From an uncultured Planctomycetaceae bacterium (lineage in GTDB: Bacteria > Planctomycetota > Planctomycetia > Planctomycetales > Planctomycetaceae), in NCBI GenBank assembly GCA_963976765.1, contig CAXBME010000004.1, forward strand, positions 310,001-374,000: a stretch of DNA of 64,000 nt. The letters run 5' to 3'. The stretch's first letter is position 1. Every line of letters begins with the position of its first letter. The notes below the pieces were generated by a model. It searched no databases. It saw nothing but the letters and a program-made list of their open reading frames with translations, and was not told the DNA's origin. Made by a program: the position numbers and the translations under genes. Shown here one piece after another: positions 63,882-64,000 of the stretch.

Positions 63882-64000
63882 CAGGCCACCATCACACAAC
63901 GGGGAAGAGCAGGTACGGATGATTCTTCAAAGTTGTCAGAGTTCGATTCTGGATTGAGCGTAACCGGAATCGTTAAACGTCAAGTCGCAGGCGGCAGCTC

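Overview
Chromosomal segment of a GC-rich planctomycete (Planctomycetota, Planctomycetaceae-like). The assignment rests on two DUF1559 prepilin-like genes, three sulfatases, a PVC-type heme-binding dehydrogenase, and DUF1571 and DUF11 proteins. Housekeeping genes (coaE-rho-ribH-nusB, coaD, thrC, clpC, queD, yidC, a SEDS gene, a pseudouridine synthase, tRNA-Gly(CCC)) alternate with accessory blocks. I see no CRISPR array, rRNA, transposase or integrase. Most notable: (1) an NsrR-like Rrf2 operon with an 11-1-11 operator over its own promoter, encoding two standalone c-heme DUF3365 paralogs, a GNAT, a DinB protein and a free ScdA_N/DUF542 domain, a candidate undescribed NO/redox-stress module; (2) an orphan deacetylase-ACP-FabH-FabG-acyltransferase cassette that may swap an N-acetyl for a 3-hydroxyacyl group on an amino sugar; (3) correctly spaced sigma-54 promoters before the coaE-rho-ribH-nusB operon, an Hsp20 pair and a DUF1559 cassette; (4) an NDH-2 fused to a cNMP-binding domain; (5) an in-frame permease/membrane-fusion-protein chimera marking a deletion; (6) a dispersed family of degenerate 9-nt-periodic repeats and a candidate structured RNA upstream of clpC. 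All family calls are by motif recognition, without database searches.
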